Source: a bacterium
GTDB lineage: Bacteria > Synergistota > GBS-1
Length of the DNA stretch: 64,000 nucleotides
NCBI GenBank assembly: GCA_030153785.1
Contig: JASKLF010000004.1
Location: 17,551-81,550 of the forward strand
Reading direction: 5' to 3'
Positions within the stretch are counted from its first letter, which is position 1. Every line of letters begins with the position of its first letter. Positions 1 through 9,208 of the stretch are shown here, piece after piece. The notes below the pieces were generated by a model. The model made no database searches, was not told where the DNA came from, and was given only the letters and a program-made list of their open reading frames with translations. The position numbers were made by a program, and so were the translations under genes.

Positions 1-167
1 AGAGATATTCTATATTAAAAGATGAAAGGCTTGATTTATCTCAAAAGGAATTTAAGTTGAGAAATATAGAGAGGAAAATAAAGGAAATAGAAAGACTTCT
101 AACCATGTTGAACATGGGAGTGGATGTTATCTTTGATGTGCCTGCCTTTTTAAATCTAATCGCTTAG
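1..167 (+). CDS. 3' end of a hypothetical protein, truncated by the window edge
   Basis: Frame starting at nt 3 is open to TAG at 165-167 (RYSILKDERLDLSQKEFKLRNIERKIKEIERLL...NLIA*). Coiled-coil-like, and followed closely by the next gene. Confidence 0.55.
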   Translation, partial: RYSILKDERLDLSQKEFKLRNIERKIKEIERLLTMLNMGVDVIFDVPAFLNLIA

Positions 168-188
168 TTCTATCCTTTAGGTGGTGAT

Positions 189-2012
189 ATGAGCCTCTTA
201 TCGAGAAATCTACAGGTTTTGAAACATAAGGATAGAAGTTTATTTGACAGGCTGAAGAAGGTAGAAAGAGCACCTTATGTATCTTTCATTTCTTCAAAAT
301 CAGGCCATGTTGTAGCTCGGGTTTTGGGTAAGGATAAGAGGGTTTATCTTCTTCATAGTTCTTATGACCCTTTATCTGAGGCTGAAGATGTAGCCTCTAA
401 GGTTAATTGGTTTGGTGTTTCTCATGTGGTAGTTATGGGAATAGGGTGTGGCTATCAACTTTTGCCTATACTCAGAAGGGTCCCCAAGAATGTTAGGGTT
501 TACGCTGTTGAACCAGACATCGCCTTGTTTAAAGCGGTCTTTGAGACTATTGATTGGACAGAAATACTTTCTTTTCAGAACTTGCATTTGGTGGTAGGGT
601 TACCTCCCTTAAATGCTGCTGATGCCATAATGAGGACTTTAAATCCTTCTGAATTGAAAGCTATAGAGTTTTTGAAGCATCCTGTTTATTATAGATTGCT
701 GCACGGTTACTTTTCTGAGCTGGAGAGGCGTATCTCTGAATCTATAAGGATATCTCTCGTTAATTTAATTACGGCTTTACAATTTAGCTTTAGAGATCAA
801 AAAAATACGTTATTGAATTTAAAATGGTTATTTAGGGGGTCCCCTGTCAAAAATATTTTTAGGAGCTTTGTTAAAAAACCTGCGGTAGTAGTTTGTGCAG
901 GCCCTTCCCTTGATAAGAACATTTATTACCTTAGGGAGGTAAAGGATAAAGCTCTTTTAATTGCGGTAGATACTGCTTTGAGGCCGCTCTTATACCGAGG
1001 AATTCACCCTCATGTTGTAGTTGCAGGTGATCCCCAGGATGCCAATTTTGACCATTTTAGATTAATCGATCCGAAGGAAACCCAAAACATTTTTTTAGTG
1101 GCTGATTTGAGAGTGTCTCCCCTGATTTTTGATTTTTGGAGGGGAAAGATTTTTATATGTGATTTTGGTTCAGAGATAGTCAGGTGGGTTACCCGCCTTG
1201 CGGGGGAGATGGGGCGAATTTCTGTGTGGGGGTCTGTTTCCACAGTGGCTATAAGTTTGGCATATGAGCTTGGTTGCGACCCCATAGCTCTGATTGGTCA
1301 GGATCTTGCTTATACTGGTGCAAGAAAATATGCTTCGTATACTTGGATTGATGAAACAGGCATTAACTCGGTAGATGCAGAGGGAGACGGATTACTCGTA
1401 GAGAAAAATATATGGGGCAGGGATACGCATACAGCGAAAAACATGCTTAGTTATCGAGATTGGTTGTCCCAGTTTTTTAGAAAAAATCGTGGGAATTATA
1501 TAAATTCTACAGAAGGCGGCATTTTGAAAGATGATGTCATGGTCGCAAATTTTGTGGAGGTGGCTTATAATTTTTTACGTGAGCCATTGGGGATTTTGTC
1601 CATTTTAGAAAATAGGTGGATGCCATTTAGAAAAAAGGATAAATTTAAGAGTGTTATCTTAAGGGAGCTTGGGATGCTTGAAAAGAGAATAAGAGAGATA
1701 AAATCTTTTTGCGAGGAAAAGTTGTCCATCTTTGAAAAACTGTATGATAAAATAGGTAAGGACCTTCAAGAAGCGGAAGAAAAACTTAAATCGATGTGGA
1801 GGGATTATCCGTTCTTAAATGAGGTTTTTCTTCCTGTAATATTTTCTTTTAACCGAAACATAGAAAAGGCGAGGTTAGCATCAGAAGAGGAATACTTAAG
1901 AAGGGAGCGCGAAGCCTACTTTCTTTTATTTGCTGGAATTGTAGAGATAGCTTCCAATTACGAAAAAGTAATTGGCTCTTCAATGAGATTGCTTAGGGGG
2001 GAAGAACCATGA
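189..2012 (+). CDS. Motility-associated factor (Maf, DUF115/MptE-like) family protein, putative flagellin glycosyltransferase
   Basis: Motifs AGPSLDKN, IAVDTA, GSVST, IGQDLAY and INSTEGG; N-terminal LHSSYDP..EA region; SD AGGTGG. Confidence 0.8.
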   Translation: MSLLSRNLQVLKHKDRSLFDRLKKVERAPYVSFISSKSGHVVARVLGKDKRVYLLHSSYDPLSEAEDVASKVNWFGVSHVVVMGIGCGYQLLPILRRVPKNVRVYAVEPDIALFKAVFETIDWTEILSFQNLHLVVGLPPLNAADAIMRTLNPSELKAIEFLKHPVYYRLLHGYFSELERRISESIRISLVNLITALQFSFRDQKNTLLNLKWLFRGSPVKNIFRSFVKKPAVVVCAGPSLDKNIYYLREVKDKALLIAVDTALRPLLYRGIHPHVVVAGDPQDANFDHFRLIDPKETQNIFLVADLRVSPLIFDFWRGKIFICDFGSEIVRWVTRLAGEMGRISVWGSVSTVAISLAYELGCDPIALIGQDLAYTGARKYASYTWIDETGINSVDAEGDGLLVEKNIWGRDTHTAKNMLSYRDWLSQFFRKNRGNYINSTEGGILKDDVMVANFVEVAYNFLREPLGILSILENRWMPFRKKDKFKSVILRELGMLEKRIREIKSFCEEKLSIFEKLYDKIGKDLQEAEEKLKSMWRDYPFLNEVFLPVIFSFNRNIEKARLASEEEYLRREREAYFLLFAGIVEIASNYEKVIGSSMRLLRGEEP

Positions 2013-2278
2013 AGTTCTTTTTTTGGGATTTGGGGACATATGTTGGAAGGGTTCTTTTGTCTCTTTTAGCAGGTGGAGGTATTGCTTTAGTTGCAATCGT
2101 TTTAGCTTTTATATTCTGGGATAAAGCAGATATTATTAAAGAAGAACTGGAGGAGAAGGGAAGATCTTCTGAAAAGTTTGCTTCGCTAATTTGGAGGTTT
2201 TTGGCTTTATTTGTTGGAATCCTTGGATGTTTATGGGGTTTATCTGCTTTTATAGATTTGGTAAGATTCTTCTTTTAG
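2009..2278 (+). CDS. Small two-TM hypothetical membrane protein
   Basis: ATGA overlap with the upstream stop; two hydrophobic segments flank a charged loop. Confidence 0.6.
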   Translation: MKFFFWDLGTYVGRVLLSLLAGGGIALVAIVLAFIFWDKADIIKEELEEKGRSSEKFASLIWRFLALFVGILGCLWGLSAFIDLVRFFF

Positions 2279-2290
2279 GGAGGGAAGGAC

Positions 2291-2518
2291 ATGAAGTTAC
2301 TTTTGGTAATGCTCCATCTTTTAATAGCAGTAGCTTTAATATCTTTGATTGTGATTCAAGGGAGAAAAAGTTCAAGATTTTCTGGAATTTTTGGCGGAGG
2401 AACATTAGCAGATTTGAGTGGGGGACAGAGGAAAAAGTTGCCGTTTCTTACGAAAGTAACCGCAATCTTGGGGGCTATCTTTATGTTTACCTCTTTTTTA
2501 ATGGTTCTTTATAAGTGA
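2291..2518 (+). CDS. secG: Preprotein translocase subunit SecG
   Basis: 75 aa, two TM helices, IVIQGRK...SGIFGGG loop and LTKVTAIL motif; SD GGGAGG. Confidence 0.9.
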   Translation: MKLLLVMLHLLIAVALISLIVIQGRKSSRFSGIFGGGTLADLSGGQRKKLPFLTKVTAILGAIFMFTSFLMVLYK

Positions 2519-2534
2519 AAAGCGAGGGATACAT

Positions 2535-3563
2535 ATGGTTTGGACTTTTGAGGAGATTAGGAAGCTTAGAGTAAACTCTAACCGTTTTCACTCTGCAACT
2601 CACGACGAGATAAAAGAGGGGTTAACTACGGATATTTATTTTATTAAAACAATTGAAGTTTTGAAACACCTTGGTCTTGAGTCTGTAAATGTGGTTGCAG
2701 ATATATTTCCTCGGCGTGCTGGTGTGTTAGCGGGTGTTGAGGAGGTTCTAAAGCTCCTCGAGGACAAGAAAAACATAAAAGTTTGGTCCTTACAAGAGGG
2801 AGAGGAGTTTGAAAAAAAAGAAGTGATTATGCAAATAGAGGGACCTTATTGCGAATTTGGCCCGCTGGAGACTGTTATTTTGGGTATGCTTGCTAGTGCT
2901 TCTGGTTGGGCTTCTGCAGCTCGGGAGTGTAAAAAAGCTGCAGGTGGGAAAATTGTGTTGTGCTTTGGTGCAAGACATGTTCACCCGGCAGTGGCGCCAG
3001 TGATGGAAAGGGCTGCGATTATTGGAGGTGCTGACGCTGCAAGTTGTATCCTTGGAGCAAAGCTTTTGGGTAAAGAACCTCGGGGAACGATACCTCATGC
3101 AGCCATTTTGATAGCTGGTGATACGGTGGTTTTCGCGAAGGGGTATGACGAGGTTATGCCTGAGGATGAACCAAGAATTGTTCTTGTTGACACTTTTAAA
3201 GATGAGGCTGAAGAAGCCCTGAGAGTAGCAAGCGTGTTGAAAGAGAGGCTTGCGGGCATAAGATTGGATACTCCTGATGAGAGAGGAGGAGTGACCTCGG
3301 AGCTTATTAAGGAGGTTAGGGCACGATTAGACCAAGCGGGCTTCAGTCATGTCAAAATCTTTGTTTCTGGGGGATTGACCCCTGAGAGGATAGCTTTTTT
3401 AAAAGACGCTCCTGTTGATGGTTTTGGTGTTGGGAGTTATATAGTTCACGGGGTTTATATTGATATGACGATGGACATAAAGGAGGTTATGGGAAAGCCC
3501 ATTGCCAAGAGAGGTAGAATTCCTGGTAGGGCAAATAACCCTCGTCTCAAACGAATGCTGTAG
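2535..3563 (+). CDS. pncB: Nicotinate phosphoribosyltransferase (short archaeal/Thermotoga-like type)
   Basis: TDIYF, FGARH, GTIPHA, LVDTF, GIRLDT, SGGL, GFGVGS, AKRG. Confidence 0.85.
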   Translation: MVWTFEEIRKLRVNSNRFHSATHDEIKEGLTTDIYFIKTIEVLKHLGLESVNVVADIFPRRAGVLAGVEEVLKLLEDKKNIKVWSLQEGEEFEKKEVIMQIEGPYCEFGPLETVILGMLASASGWASAARECKKAAGGKIVLCFGARHVHPAVAPVMERAAIIGGADAASCILGAKLLGKEPRGTIPHAAILIAGDTVVFAKGYDEVMPEDEPRIVLVDTFKDEAEEALRVASVLKERLAGIRLDTPDERGGVTSELIKEVRARLDQAGFSHVKIFVSGGLTPERIAFLKDAPVDGFGVGSYIVHGVYIDMTMDIKEVMGKPIAKRGRIPGRANNPRLKRML

Positions 3564-3574
3564 GGGGGAAGAAT

Positions 3575-4696
3575 ATGAAGATCCCTTTGCTTGATCTTAA
3601 GGCTCAATATGAGCGCATTAAAGATGAAGTTCAAAGGGCGATTTTTTCTGTTTTAGAAACTCAGCAATTTGTATTGGGTGAAAAGGTTGCTAAGTTTGAA
3701 GATGAAATAGCTAAATATGTTGGTGTTAAGCACGCTATAGGGGTAGCTTCAGGAAGTGATGCGCTTTTATTGGCTTACATGTCTTTAGGATTAAAGGAAG
3801 GTGATGAGATAATAACTTCTCCTTTTACGTTTTTTGCTACTGCTAGTTCTGCTGCTCGTTTAGGGATTAAGGTTGTGTTTGCCGATATTAGGGAAGACAC
3901 TTTTAATATAAGTGTAGATTCTCTTCGCGAGAGAATTACAAGTAACACGAAGGCGATAGTTCCTGTCCATATTTTTGGACAGCCTGCAGATATGGATAAA
4001 ATAATGGAAGTTTCTGACTCTATGGGTATTCCTGTGGTAGAGGATTTAGCTCAAGCAATAGGAGCGAAGTATGAAAACAAGAAAGTAGGTAGTTTTGGTT
4101 TAGTAAATTGTGTGTCTTTTTTCCCCTCGAAGAACTTAGGAGGGTATGGAGATGGAGGAGCAGTTTTGACTAATGATGATATTCTTGCTAAGAAGGTTCG
4201 GGTTCTTCGGGTTCACGGGAGTTCTGAGAGGTATTACCATGAATTTTTGGGGATTAACAGCCGTTTGGATGAAATTCAGGCTGCAGTCCTTTTAGTCAAG
4301 ATTAAATATCTGGATTTATGGAATGAGGAGAGAAGGAGTCGTGCCAATTATTACAACTATCTGTTTAAGGAAGCTTCTTTAGATGAGTTTTTGATTCCCC
4401 CTGTTGAACTCGAAAGGTGTTATCATGTGTATCATCAATATGTAGTTAGGGTTAAAGACAGAGATGAACTTAGGTCCTATCTTGCTGAAAAGGGTATTTC
4501 TACACAAGTTTATTACCCCCTTCCTCTCCATCTTCAGCCGTGTTTTAGCGGTTGGGGTTATAAGCGAGGATATTGTCCGATAGCTGAGAAAGTTTGCGAT
4601 GAAGTTTTAGCGCTTCCGATGTATCCAGAGCTTTCCCCTTCTATGCAGGAGTATATCGTTGAATCAATTGCCAATTTTTATGGTAAGAGGATTTAA
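3575..4696 (+). CDS. DegT/DnrJ/EryC1/StrS PLP-dependent sugar aminotransferase
   Basis: SGSDAL, PVHIFG, EDLAQAIG, SFFPSKNLGGYGDGG (PLP Lys), NSRLDEIQA, LPMYPEL. Confidence 0.93.
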   Translation: MKIPLLDLKAQYERIKDEVQRAIFSVLETQQFVLGEKVAKFEDEIAKYVGVKHAIGVASGSDALLLAYMSLGLKEGDEIITSPFTFFATASSAARLGIKVVFADIREDTFNISVDSLRERITSNTKAIVPVHIFGQPADMDKIMEVSDSMGIPVVEDLAQAIGAKYENKKVGSFGLVNCVSFFPSKNLGGYGDGGAVLTNDDILAKKVRVLRVHGSSERYYHEFLGINSRLDEIQAAVLLVKIKYLDLWNEERRSRANYYNYLFKEASLDEFLIPPVELERCYHVYHQYVVRVKDRDELRSYLAEKGISTQVYYPLPLHLQPCFSGWGYKRGYCPIAEKVCDEVLALPMYPELSPSMQEYIVESIANFYGKRI

Positions 4697-4698
4697 AA

Positions 4699-5559
4699 AT
4701 GAGGGACTTTTGGCAGGAAGTTGTGGATCTAATTGCTGAGGATGCGGCTCATAGAGGAATAGCCGATAATAAGAACAAGTTTGATTTATTAAAAGCATGT
4801 GAGAAGCTATTGCAATCTAAAAAGGTTGCTATATTTACAGGATTTACTATAATGCCTTTTGTAAAGTGTGAGACTGATGGCCCGCTGGGAGCTATCTTTC
4901 TTGCAAGAGCGCTTCTGGAGTTGGGTAAAAATGTGTCTATATGGACAGATGACCTTTATTCTTCTGTTGTAGAAAAAGGAGTAAATAGCTTAGGTATCAG
5001 GATTCCCGTTTATGGTGTTCCTTTTAAATGGGGTGGTTGGTTTTTCCAGCTATTTTGGAAAGAAGGCTTTGATTTATTAATTTCCATAGAGAGGCCGGGA
5101 AGAGGTATAGATGGTAGATATTATAGTTCGCGAGAAGAAGATATAACCTGTTACGTCTCTCCTCTGGATGAGTTTTTCATAGAGGCTAAAAGAAGGAAGA
5201 TTCCGACTATTGGTATTGGTGATGGTGGGAATGAAATTGGCATGGGTAATATTAGGGAAAAACTTTTGTTTAAATTTCCCGAGAAAGGGAAGATATTTAG
5301 CATAGTAAAGGTTGATCATCTTATAATTGGAGGGATTTCCAATTGGGGAGGATATGGTCTTATTGCTGGATTAGCCAAATTGTTGAGTAATGGCAGACTT
5401 TTGCCTTCCCCCGCTGAAGAGGAATTCCTTTTAAACGTCATGGTGGATAGTGGAAGCATAGATGGTGTTACATTGGAGTATTCTTTGAGTGTGGATGGAG
5501 TTAATAAAGCTATTTTGCAACGCAAACTAAGGGAATTGAGACTTTGCTTAGGAAGTTAG
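4699..5559 (+). CDS. D-glutamate cyclase-like (DUF4392) protein
   Basis: FTGF, ETDGPLGA, SIERPGR, GIGDGGNEIGMG, SNWGGY, DGVT...SVDG. Confidence 0.85.
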   Translation: MRDFWQEVVDLIAEDAAHRGIADNKNKFDLLKACEKLLQSKKVAIFTGFTIMPFVKCETDGPLGAIFLARALLELGKNVSIWTDDLYSSVVEKGVNSLGIRIPVYGVPFKWGGWFFQLFWKEGFDLLISIERPGRGIDGRYYSSREEDITCYVSPLDEFFIEAKRRKIPTIGIGDGGNEIGMGNIREKLLFKFPEKGKIFSIVKVDHLIIGGISNWGGYGLIAGLAKLLSNGRLLPSPAEEEFLLNVMVDSGSIDGVTLEYSLSVDGVNKAILQRKLRELRLCLGS

Positions 5560-5993
5560 TAAGTTTAACTTGTTTTCTTTCTTTGTTGTTTTTTGCATAC
5601 GGTTGTGTAGGGTTAAGCAAGTGGAGGAGCTACTACTATGCTGGCGATTTAGAGATTCAGGAAGCATATATTTGTGCTGATGTTGATGAAGAGTTGAATC
5701 CTTTGGATATTAAAAATATATTTAGTTATGGCGTTACTAAAGTGTGTCTCTACTTTAAATATAAGTATACAAATGGAGGAACAGCTATTTTAAGATTAAG
5801 ATTATATTATGAAGGAGTTTTCGTTTATCAAGATAGTTACTACTTGGACAAGGGTGAGGGTAAAAAAGCTTATTACTTCTTTTTATCCTCGGGTAAACCT
5901 CTTCCGCAAGGTTCTTATGAAGTCCGAATGATGTTCAAGGGAAGGGTTATTAAGGTTTTATCTTTTATGGTAAAGGGTGGGGGTGAAACCTGA
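5544..5993 (+). CDS. Hypothetical lipoprotein with a beta-rich, Ig-like body
   Basis: Basic N-terminus, hydrophobic stretch and lipobox-like FAYG-C; C-terminal LPQGSYEVRM...F.V pattern typical of beta-sandwich domains. Confidence 0.6.
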   Translation: MLRKLVSLTCFLSLLFFAYGCVGLSKWRSYYYAGDLEIQEAYICADVDEELNPLDIKNIFSYGVTKVCLYFKYKYTNGGTAILRLRLYYEGVFVYQDSYYLDKGEGKKAYYFFLSSGKPLPQGSYEVRMMFKGRVIKVLSFMVKGGGET

Positions 5994-6774
5994 TTTGAGA
6001 AAATTTATTCTTATGTTGGCTCCTGTGGGTGGAAAAGAGATACCTTCTACCTTTGAAGTTATCGAAGAGGCTGTTAGGTTGAGAATTAAAGGGGTTTCCG
6101 TTTTGCACTTTCAGAGTATTTCTTCTGAAGATAAACAGCTTAGTTATAACATAGAGCCCTATTCTCAAGCCATAGCTTGGTTAAGGGAAAGCAGTGATAT
6201 TCTGATGGAATTCCCGGCATGGGGAACATTAAAACATAGCTTGGAAGAAAGAGTAGCTCCCTTGGTTTTAAAGCCGGATTTCATAGAAATTATTCCTGGC
6301 TCTATTAATTTGGGGGATCAGGTTATATATAATCCTCTTAGCTACATAGACTTTATTATACAGGTAAGTTCAGAAGTTTTTGTTAAACCAGTTTTTAATG
6401 TGTTCTCTCCTTCTATGCTTATTTATGTTAGAAACTTAATAGATAGAGGGAAGCTAAATCCTCCATATATATTTACTCTCACTTTTACAGAAGAATACTT
6501 CCCTCCTACGATAGATAACTTGCTTTACATTTATAAGCTTTTACCCCAAAATAGTAAATGGTTTTTAAGTGTCAAAGGAAAAACATCAGGCTCCTTATTT
6601 GCTGTTGCTTTAGAGCTTGGCGGTAATATAAGGGTTGGTCTGGAGGATTGGTGTGATGGCCAAGACCTAACTAATGAAAGACTTGTTACTGAGGTTTTAA
6701 GGATTGCCACTTCTTTAGGCTTTGAACCTGCAACTCCGAAGGAAACTTCTGAGATTTTGGGGAAGGTGATGTAG
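5977..6774 (+). CDS. Beta-keto acid cleavage enzyme (BKACE/Kce, DUF849) homolog with a degenerate active site
   Basis: GSINLG, ALELGGNIRVGLED, NERLV, PATPKETSEILG retained; HxH is HFQ. Confidence 0.75.
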   Translation: MGVKPDLRKFILMLAPVGGKEIPSTFEVIEEAVRLRIKGVSVLHFQSISSEDKQLSYNIEPYSQAIAWLRESSDILMEFPAWGTLKHSLEERVAPLVLKPDFIEIIPGSINLGDQVIYNPLSYIDFIIQVSSEVFVKPVFNVFSPSMLIYVRNLIDRGKLNPPYIFTLTFTEEYFPPTIDNLLYIYKLLPQNSKWFLSVKGKTSGSLFAVALELGGNIRVGLEDWCDGQDLTNERLVTEVLRIATSLGFEPATPKETSEILGKVM

Positions 6775-6776
6775 AA

Positions 6777-7631
6777 ACGTCTTTAGTCACTGGAGACGTT
6801 TTGTTAAAAAGGGCTATGGAGGGGAAATATGGTGTAGGAGCTTTTAATTTTAACAATCTTGAGTTCCTACAGGCCATATTAGAGGCGGCAAAAGAAACGA
6901 ATTCACCGGTTATACTTCAGGTTAGCGAAGGTGGCATGAAATATATGGGCTTGTCGTTTTTAGAGGGAATTATTAAGCACCTCCTTTATAAGGTTGAAGT
7001 TCCTGTGGCTATTCATCTTGATCATGGTTCGAGCTTAGATGCCGTACTTTATGCGATAAGGATAGGTTTTACTTCTGTAATGATAGATGCGTCGAAAAGG
7101 CCTTTTGATGAGAATGTTAATATAACTCGGGAGGTTGTTAAGATTGCTCATACTGTTGGGGTTTCTGTAGAAGCCGAACTTGGGAAGATAAAGGGAACAG
7201 AGGAGCATGTAGAAGTTTCTGAGCGAGAGGCTCTTTTCACCGATCCCGATGAGGCGGCAAAGTTTGTGGAATTGACGGAAGTGGATTCCCTTGCTGTTGC
7301 TATAGGTACGGCTCATGGAATCTATAAAGGTGAACCAAAGCTTGACTTTGATAGACTTTATGATATAAAAAGAAAGGTAGGCATTCCCCTAGTTCTTCAT
7401 GGGGCTTCTGGAGTTCCACTAGACGACGTGAGGAGAGCTATATCTTTGGGAATATGTAAGATTAATATCGATACTGATTTAAGGGTAGCCTTTAGGAACA
7501 AGCTGGCGGAAGTACTTTCTATCAGGAGAGATGAGATTGATCCGCGTAAATTCTTGGGTCCTGCAAGAGATGCGGTTAAAGAGGTTGTTATTGAAAAGAT
7601 AAAAGCTTTTGGTTCCGAAGGGAGGGCGTGA
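6777..7631 (+). CDS. fba: Class II fructose-1,6-bisphosphate aldolase (start at ACG 6777 or TTG 6801)
   Basis: GAFNFNN, IHLDHG, SVMIDAS, EAELG, AIGTAHG, VLHGASG, KINIDT. Confidence 0.95.
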   Translation, partial: TSLVTGDVLLKRAMEGKYGVGAFNFNNLEFLQAILEAAKETNSPVILQVSEGGMKYMGLSFLEGIIKHLLYKVEVPVAIHLDHGSSLDAVLYAIRIGFTSVMIDASKRPFDENVNITREVVKIAHTVGVSVEAELGKIKGTEEHVEVSEREALFTDPDEAAKFVELTEVDSLAVAIGTAHGIYKGEPKLDFDRLYDIKRKVGIPLVLHGASGVPLDDVRRAISLGICKINIDTDLRVAFRNKLAEVLSIRRDEIDPRKFLGPARDAVKEVVIEKIKAFGSEGRA

Positions 7632-7637
7632 TGGAGA

Positions 7638-8294
7638 ATGAAACTCTTTTTGGATACTGCGAATATTGAGGAAATAAAACAAGCTTTAAGTTGGGGAGTG
7701 ATTTCGGGTGTAACAACCAATCCTACTCTTGTTAGTAGGGAAGGGGATAAGGATTTTCATTCTCTTATCAGGGAAATATGTGACCTCGTTAAAGGCCCTG
7801 TCAGCGCAGAAGTAATAAGCTTGGATGCAGATGGCATGATCAGGGAGGCTGAAGAGCTTGCATCTTTAAGTGAGCATGTGGTCATAAAAATCCCGATGAC
7901 TCCAGAAGGTATGAAGGCGGTTTCTGTGTTATCCAAGGAAGGAATAAAGACAAATGTTACACTTGTTTTTTCCGTTGAGCAGGCTCTCTTAGCTGCAAAT
8001 GCAGGTGCCACTTATGTAAGCCCTTTTATAGGGAGACTAGATGATATTGGTGGGGATGGGGTAGGACTCGTGGCAGACATAGTTTCAGTATTTAAAAGGG
8101 GGAATTTTGAGACTCAAGTTATAGCAGCTAGTATAAGACATACTAGGCATGTTCGGGAGTGTGCATTGATAGGTGCTCATATAGCTACAGTTCCTTTCAA
8201 TGTGTTAAGAGGAATGTTTGTTCACCCTCTTACAGATATTGGTATACAGAGGTTTCTTAAAGATTGGGAATCCTTTAAGAATAGAGCAAGATAA
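7638..8294 (+). CDS. tal: Transaldolase / fructose-6-phosphate aldolase (TalC/MipB type)
   Basis: FLDTA, GVTTNPT, VIKIP (Schiff-base Lys), [21 protein letters not shown]. Confidence 0.92.
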   Translation: MKLFLDTANIEEIKQALSWGVISGVTTNPTLVSREGDKDFHSLIREICDLVKGPVSAEVISLDADGMIREAEELASLSEHVVIKIPMTPEGMKAVSVLSKEGIKTNVTLVFSVEQALLAANAGATYVSPFIGRLDDIGGDGVGLVADIVSVFKRGNFETQVIAASIRHTRHVRECALIGAHIATVPFNVLRGMFVHPLTDIGIQRFLKDWESFKNRAR

Positions 8295-9205
8295 TGTCCT
8301 TTTGGTTTATAGTTTTTTTTCTTTCCTCCATTGGTGTGGTAGGGGGAGGTATCGTTTTAGAAAGAGCTACTGAAGAGTGGGCTGAGCGAAAAGGGGTTAC
8401 TAAAGAATGGGCTGGTTTTATAATCCTTTCGATTATTACTTCCTCGCCAGAACTTGCTACTGCTATAAGTGGGGCTTTGAAGGGATACCCAAATATGGTT
8501 GTTGGTGATATACTTGGTGGAAATCTCCTTAATATAGCTGTTTTTTCCCTTTTATCTTTCTTGTGGTATAACCTTTTTCGACATCTTAATCGCAGAGTTT
8601 TTTTTGAGTTAATATGGTGGAATATAGGTTTTAGTTTTGTGATGCTGTTTGCTCTTAAATTGAAGACAAACCTGCTTTGGGTTTTTCTAATTTATCCACT
8701 TGTAGCTTTTCGGGTTTTTGAACGCCCTAGTGAGTTAGGTGTTTCTCACAAAAGTAGCAGTAAAGCAAATTTTGTCGTTTACTTTGGAATTAGTGTGATC
8801 ACGGTAATTGTGTCTAGCTACTTTTTGATGGTGTCTGGTGCGCAATTATCTAAGCTTACTAATATAACCGATACTTTTATAGGGACTTTGTTTATTGCTA
8901 TTGTGACTTCTGCTCCGGAGCTTTCTGTTTCTTTTACTGCTCTTTTAAGAAAAGCTCATGGGTTATGCGTTGGGAATATCTTGGGGAGCAACCTTTTGAA
9001 CTTTTTTATACTTCCGGTGGCTGATATTTTCTTCAAAGGTCCGTTTGTTGCTTTTACATCTTCTGAACATATGGTTACCGTCTCCGGATTGATTTTTGCA
9101 AGTTTGCTTTCTTTAATTTCTATACTCTTTTCTGTTAAGTTCCTGAGACTGATACCTGTTGTTGTTTACATAGTTGTCATTTTCTTTTTGAGCAGGGGGG
9201 TATAA
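8294..9205 (+). CDS. Na+/Ca2+ (CaCA, YrbG-like) antiporter
   Basis: Two alpha repeats, TSSPEL...GDILGGN and TSAPEL...GNILGSN; about 10 TM segments. Confidence 0.88.
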   Translation: MSFWFIVFFLSSIGVVGGGIVLERATEEWAERKGVTKEWAGFIILSIITSSPELATAISGALKGYPNMVVGDILGGNLLNIAVFSLLSFLWYNLFRHLNRRVFFELIWWNIGFSFVMLFALKLKTNLLWVFLIYPLVAFRVFERPSELGVSHKSSSKANFVVYFGISVITVIVSSYFLMVSGAQLSKLTNITDTFIGTLFIAIVTSAPELSVSFTALLRKAHGLCVGNILGSNLLNFFILPVADIFFKGPFVAFTSSEHMVTVSGLIFASLLSLISILFSVKFLRLIPVVVYIVVIFFLSRGV

Positions 9206-9208
9206 AAA

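Noticed and set aside
2191..2514. 107-aa alternative-frame ORF
   Set aside because: Overlaps secG and the upstream membrane gene in another frame; secG has clear motifs and an SD.
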